Shown: piece after piece, positions 6,433 through 11,334 of the stretch | Layout: each line of letters opens with the position of its first letter | Numbering within the stretch: position 1 is the stretch's first letter | Source: Myxococcota bacterium | GTDB lineage: Bacteria; Myxococcota_A; UBA796; SXON01 | Length of the DNA: 11,334 nucleotides | Assembly: GCA_040386535.1 (NCBI GenBank) | Contig: JAZKFH010000056.1 | Coordinates: 1 to 11,334, forward strand | Direction: 5' to 3' | Translations under genes and position numbers: made by a program | Notes under the pieces: generated by a model | What the model saw: only the letters and a program-made list of their open reading frames with translations | What the model was told of the DNA's origin: nothing | The model's database searches: none

Positions 6433-7985
6433 CCCGCGCGCGGCGCGGCGCCCGCTTCGGCGCGGTGTTCGTATTGGGTGGCGCCTGCATCTTCGCGTTG
6501 AGCACGCGCGGCGAGCCGAGCGAGGCCGCCACGCCCGTGACCCTCTCGACGGCGCCGAGCGCGGGTGCGTCCGTCACGAGCGTGGCACGCCCGCCCGAGC
6601 CCGACTGGGTCGTGCGGTACACCGTCCCCGCCGGGGTCCTCCCGGTCGACGAGTGCGCCAGCAAGGCCACCATCGAGTCGCCCGGCGTCACCCACCCCAC
6701 CCCGCCCACCTCCACGCCGCCCGCGTCCTCGCCCGCGCCGCCCGAGACCGCCGGCATGATCCGGGTCGACACGACCGCGGGCGCCAAGAACGAGCAGCTC
6801 CCCGAGCCCCTCCGCGCCCGGCTCGGCTTCGGCGCGCCCTTCGACGTGACGACCATCGCGCTCGAACCGCTCCGCGGAAACGCCGAGGATCTCGCGCGCG
6901 TGCGCGCCGTGCTCACCAAGGCGTCGCTGAAGGAGGGGCACACGCGCCTCTCGTTCTGGGGCGCCTCCCACGTCGCGGGCGAGTACTTCACCGGCGAGCT
7001 GCGCCGCATCCTCCAGGACCGCTACGGCGACGCCGGGCACGGCTTCGTCATGCCCGCCGCCCCGTGGACCGGCTACCGCGGCAGCGATGTCAACCTCTGC
7101 ACCGGCGGCGCCTGGACCAGCGACTTCCACAACCGCAAGGGCGGCCGGGACGATGGGTTGTACGGCCCCGCCGGCGTGAGCGTCGAGGCGCTCGCGCCCA
7201 CCAGCTACGGCTGGGTCCAGACGACGAAAACCAACCCCCACGGCCGCGCGGTGACCCGGCTCGAGCTGCTCTACCTGCGCCAACCCGGCGGCGGCGGCAT
7301 CAACGTGCACGTCGACTCGGGGGATCCCATCCGGGTCCCCACCCGCGTCGCCTCCGCGGCGGAACAGGGCCCGGGCGCCGCCGTCTTCTCCGTCGCCGAG
7401 GGCCCCCACCGCCTCGCCGTGTCCGCCGTGGGCGACGGCCCGGTGCGCATCTTCGGCGCCTACATGGAGCGCGACGTGCCCGGTGTCGTGGTCGACGCCA
7501 TGGGCGTGAGCGGGCGCACCGCCGCCTCCTGGCTCTCCTGGGACGCCGACCTGCAGGGCGCCTACCTCGCCCGCCGCCCGGTCGACCTCGCGGTGCTCGC
7601 ATACGGCACCAACGAGGCGAACGACCGCGGCCTGACCGAGGACGAATACCGTGCCACCCTGCGCAAGGTGCTCACGCGCATGCGCAAGGTGCTCCCCGAC
7701 GCGGCGTGCGTGCTCATCGGGCCCAGCGACCGGGGCCGCAAGATCACCGGCGCCACCTACGCGATCTGGAGCCACACCGCGTGGGTGGCCCGCACCCAGC
7801 GCGAGATCGGCCCCGAGTTCGGCTGCGCCACCTGGGACCTGCAGGAGGCGTCCGGCGGACCCGGCAGCATGCTGCGCTGGTGGGGCACCACGCCGCCGTT
7901 GGCCGCGGGGGACCTCATCCACTTCACCGCCGCCGGCTACCGTGAGCTGGCGACGCGGTTCGTGGCGGCGCTGGACGCGCTCTGA
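6429..7985 (+). CDS. Second SGNH/GDSL family protein (PatB/Ape-like), 518 aa
   Basis: ATGA overlap with the upstream gene. N-terminal hydrophobic anchor or signal and a Pro/Thr linker; blocks WGASH, AMGVSG, YGTNE and DLIH; LQDRYGDAGHG motif. Paralogous architecture to the upstream gene. Confidence 0.88.
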   Translation: MTRARRGARFGAVFVLGGACIFALSTRGEPSEAATPVTLSTAPSAGASVTSVARPPEPDWVVRYTVPAGVLPVDECASKATIESPGVTHPTPPTSTPPASSPAPPETAGMIRVDTTAGAKNEQLPEPLRARLGFGAPFDVTTIALEPLRGNAEDLARVRAVLTKASLKEGHTRLSFWGASHVAGEYFTGELRRILQDRYGDAGHGFVMPAAPWTGYRGSDVNLCTGGAWTSDFHNRKGGRDDGLYGPAGVSVEALAPTSYGWVQTTKTNPHGRAVTRLELLYLRQPGGGGINVHVDSGDPIRVPTRVASAAEQGPGAAVFSVAEGPHRLAVSAVGDGPVRIFGAYMERDVPGVVVDAMGVSGRTAASWLSWDADLQGAYLARRPVDLAVLAYGTNEANDRGLTEDEYRATLRKVLTRMRKVLPDAACVLIGPSDRGRKITGATYAIWSHTAWVARTQREIGPEFGCATWDLQEASGGPGSMLRWWGTTPPLAAGDLIHFTAAGYRELATRFVAALDAL

Positions 7986-8000
7986 AGCACGGCCGCCGTA

Positions 8001-8056
8001 GCGGACGAAATCAAGCGGACGAAATCAAGCGGACGAAATCAAGCGGGCGAACCCAG
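8001..8056. repeat. Tandem repeat GCGGACGAAATCAA x3 perfect, plus one degenerate copy (GCGGGCGAACCCAG)
   Basis: Read directly from the sequence. It fills most of the 73-bp gap between convergent stops at 7985 and 8059. Confidence 0.92.
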
Positions 8057-8058
8057 GT

Positions 8059-8514
8059 TCAGAGCAGGTCGATCTGGATCGACCGGATCTGGCACTTCAG
8101 GGGCAGCTTGCCCTGGTGGCCGAAGGTCCATCCCGGCGCGTCCAACGAGGTGGCCTCCTCGAAGGTCTCCTCGAAGTCGGGGTCGGTGCGCCGCGCGTCG
8201 AACGCGTTCAGCAGGTCGAGGTCGGGCACGCGCACGCACGGCCGGCCCTCCTTCGTGTTGAACGTGTGGCCCGCCAGCAGGCGCACGCAGCGCCAGCTGT
8301 GCTTCATCCAGTTCTCCGGGTCTTCGCTCGTCTTGAGGATGACGCGGAGCCCGTGGGGGCCGACGATGGCGAGGGACTTCAGATCCGCCGTTTGGAGGTC
8401 ACCCTGGCGCCCGCCCATGGTGTGGAACTCGACCACGTGGCGCTCGCCGGCAAGATTGAGCCCGGCGAAGGCGACGAGATCGAAGCGGAGCTTCGGGGCG
8501 ACCTCCCAACGCAT
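8059..8514 (-). CDS. Hypothetical protein, 151 aa
   Basis: Balanced globular amino-acid composition and G/C-ending codons. ATG lies 3 nt after the stop of the upstream TlpA-like gene. No family recognised. Confidence 0.8.
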   Translation of the reverse strand: MRWEVAPKLRFDLVAFAGLNLAGERHVVEFHTMGGRQGDLQTADLKSLAIVGPHGLRVILKTSEDPENWMKHSWRCVRLLAGHTFNTKEGRPCVRVPDLDLLNAFDARRTDPDFEETFEEATSLDAPGWTFGHQGKLPLKCQIRSIQIDLL

Positions 8515-8517
8515 GGC

Positions 8518-9246
8518 CTAACCCTTCAGGAGGGCGGCGAGCGTGGTGTCGTCGAGGCGGGCGGGGTGGCCGCGCCAGATCACCTTGCCGTCCTTCACGA
8601 GGGCGGCGGCCGGGATCCCGCTGACCGAGTAGGCCTTGGACAGCGAGCCGTCCTTCTCCTTGCCGATCGGGAACTTGGCCTTGGACTCCTTGATGAACTC
8701 CTCGACCTTCTCGTCGGTCGCGGACTTGGTCACCTTGGTGATGCCCACGACCTGGACGCCCATCTCCTTGTACTTGCCTTCTTCTTCGGCGAGCTTGGGG
8801 AGCTCCTTCTTGCAGTGCGGGCACCACACTTCCCAGAAGACGAGCAGGGTGGCCTTGGAGCCGGACAGATCCGCCTTGCCCTGGAACCACTTCTCCATCT
8901 CGAGCGGCGCGGCGTCGGTGCCGATCAGGTTGATCTCGGCGGCCATGCGGGAGGCGGCCTTGCCGGCGCGCGTGCCGCTGTACTTGCCGGTGAGGTCGGC
9001 GAGCTTGGTCTTGGCGGTGGCGTAGTCGTTCGCCTTGATCGAGTCCTGGACCTCGGTCATCAGCTTGCCGGCGGCCTCCTCCTCTTCGGGGTTGGCGGCG
9101 ACAGCGGCGCCGGCCTTGCCCGGGGGAGCCTTCTCGAGCGTGGCGACCTTCTCTTCGATGGCCTTGAGGCGCGCGTCCATGGCGTCGACTTCGCTCTTCT
9201 GAGCGCAGCCCACGAGGGCGAGGGAAAGGAGTGCAAGACGGAACAT
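8518..9246 (-). CDS. TlpA/ResA-like thiol-disulfide oxidoreductase lipoprotein with N-terminal coiled coil and helical hairpin, about 242 aa
   Basis: ATG at 9246 with upstream GGAG; lipobox [16 protein letters not shown] active site, VQVVGI strand and YSVSGIP cis-Pro loop of the thioredoxin/redoxin fold. Confidence 0.9.
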   Translation of the reverse strand: MFRLALLSLALVGCAQKSEVDAMDARLKAIEEKVATLEKAPPGKAGAAVAANPEEEEAAGKLMTEVQDSIKANDYATAKTKLADLTGKYSGTRAGKAASRMAAEINLIGTDAAPLEMEKWFQGKADLSGSKATLLVFWEVWCPHCKKELPKLAEEEGKYKEMGVQVVGITKVTKSATDEKVEEFIKESKAKFPIGKEKDGSLSKAYSVSGIPAAALVKDGKVIWRGHPARLDDTTLAALLKG

Positions 9247-9402
9247 GAGGATTCTCCGAGCGAGGGACGGCCGCGCGTAACACTCCCGGTGCCGAGGTGC
9301 ACCACCAGGGGTTCCCCCCCGATGGCCCCCCGGATGGCCCGGGTCCCCCAATGGCAGGGGGCGAGCGACGGGATAGAGAAGCCGGCTTTCGGGATTCCAA
9401 CA

Positions 9403-11073
<1,671 letters not shown>

Positions 11074-11087
11074 GGTCGTTGGATCTT

Positions 11088-11133
11088 GGGGCGGGGGCTC
11101 CGCCCCCGCAACGCCCCGGAGGCAGGGGCGTTG
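11088..11133. repeat. Two adjacent GC-rich hairpins (REP-like or 3' stabilising structure) after ettA
   Basis: GCGGGGGC-TCC-GCCCCCGC (11091-11109) and CAACGCCCC-N7-GGGGCGTTG (11109-11133). No U-tract follows. Confidence 0.55.
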
Positions 11134-11317
11134 TGACACTGGCGTGCTCGGCGGGGCCGCTGGCGGGACGCGTGCTGTCCTGGCTCGACCGCGCCCGCTT
11201 GCAGACCACGTGGGGCTGCACGCTAGGCACAGGCGTTGTCTACCAAGCGTCGACTGCGACGAGCGCTCGCTCGAAGGGGCATGCCCCAATGCCATTGACT
11301 TAGGAGGAATCCTGAGG

Positions 11318-11334
11318 TTGGCCGATCCTTTTCT
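11318..11334 (+). CDS. Possible start of the next gene (truncated by the window edge)
   Basis: AGGAGG at 11302-11307 followed by TTG GCC GAT CCT TTT. Only five full codons are visible. Confidence 0.25.

Noticed and set aside
6429..6490. Lipoprotein signal in the second SGNH protein (VLGGAC)
   Set aside because: Poor lipobox (Gly at -3), and the hydrophobic stretch continues past the Cys. A signal anchor is more likely.
3513..7922. Long minus-strand ORFs (408, 541 and 595 aa) and alternative-frame ORFs over the MBOAT-SGNH operon
   Set aside because: Shadow frames with no recognisable motifs, fully overlapping well-supported genes.
8001..8056. Possible mini CRISPR array
   Set aside because: Units are 14 bp, directly adjacent with no spacers, and no cas genes are present.
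9308..9390. Short (G/A)ATGGC repeats and an AAGCCGGCTT palindrome in the tlpA-ettA divergent region
   Set aside because: Short and irregularly spaced, with no -24/-12 or -35/-10 match. Compatible with chance.
8116..9402. 429-aa N-terminal extension of EttA (985-aa ORF), an apparent fusion
   Set aside because: It is antisense to two real genes. EttA similarity begins at the ATG at 9403, which gives the normal length.

Overview
Very GC-rich bacterial window; the gene content and Ala/Pro/Lys-rich proteins suggest Myxococcota/Deltaproteobacteria, which is an inference only. Eight credible CDSs, left to right: (-) a YdjM-like membrane metal-dependent hydrolase; (-) a 593-aa Ala/Lys/Pro-rich protein with four predicted HTH-like modules and an AT-hook motif, a candidate nucleoid-associated protein, followed by an intrinsic terminator; (+) a translationally coupled three-gene O-acylation operon (AlgI/PatA-type MBOAT and two membrane-anchored SGNH proteins) behind a well-spaced sigma54 -24/-12 motif and an upstream palindrome; (-) a 151-aa hypothetical protein directly downstream of a TlpA-like thioredoxin lipoprotein; (+) ettA. 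Non-coding signals include two 14-bp-period tandem repeats, a hairpin-rich left end, a palindromic in-frame segment of atypical composition inside the first SGNH gene, and REP-like hairpins after ettA. No rRNA, tRNA, CRISPR array or transposase was recognised. Most long overlapping ORFs in the track are GC-driven antisense or alternative-frame shadows.
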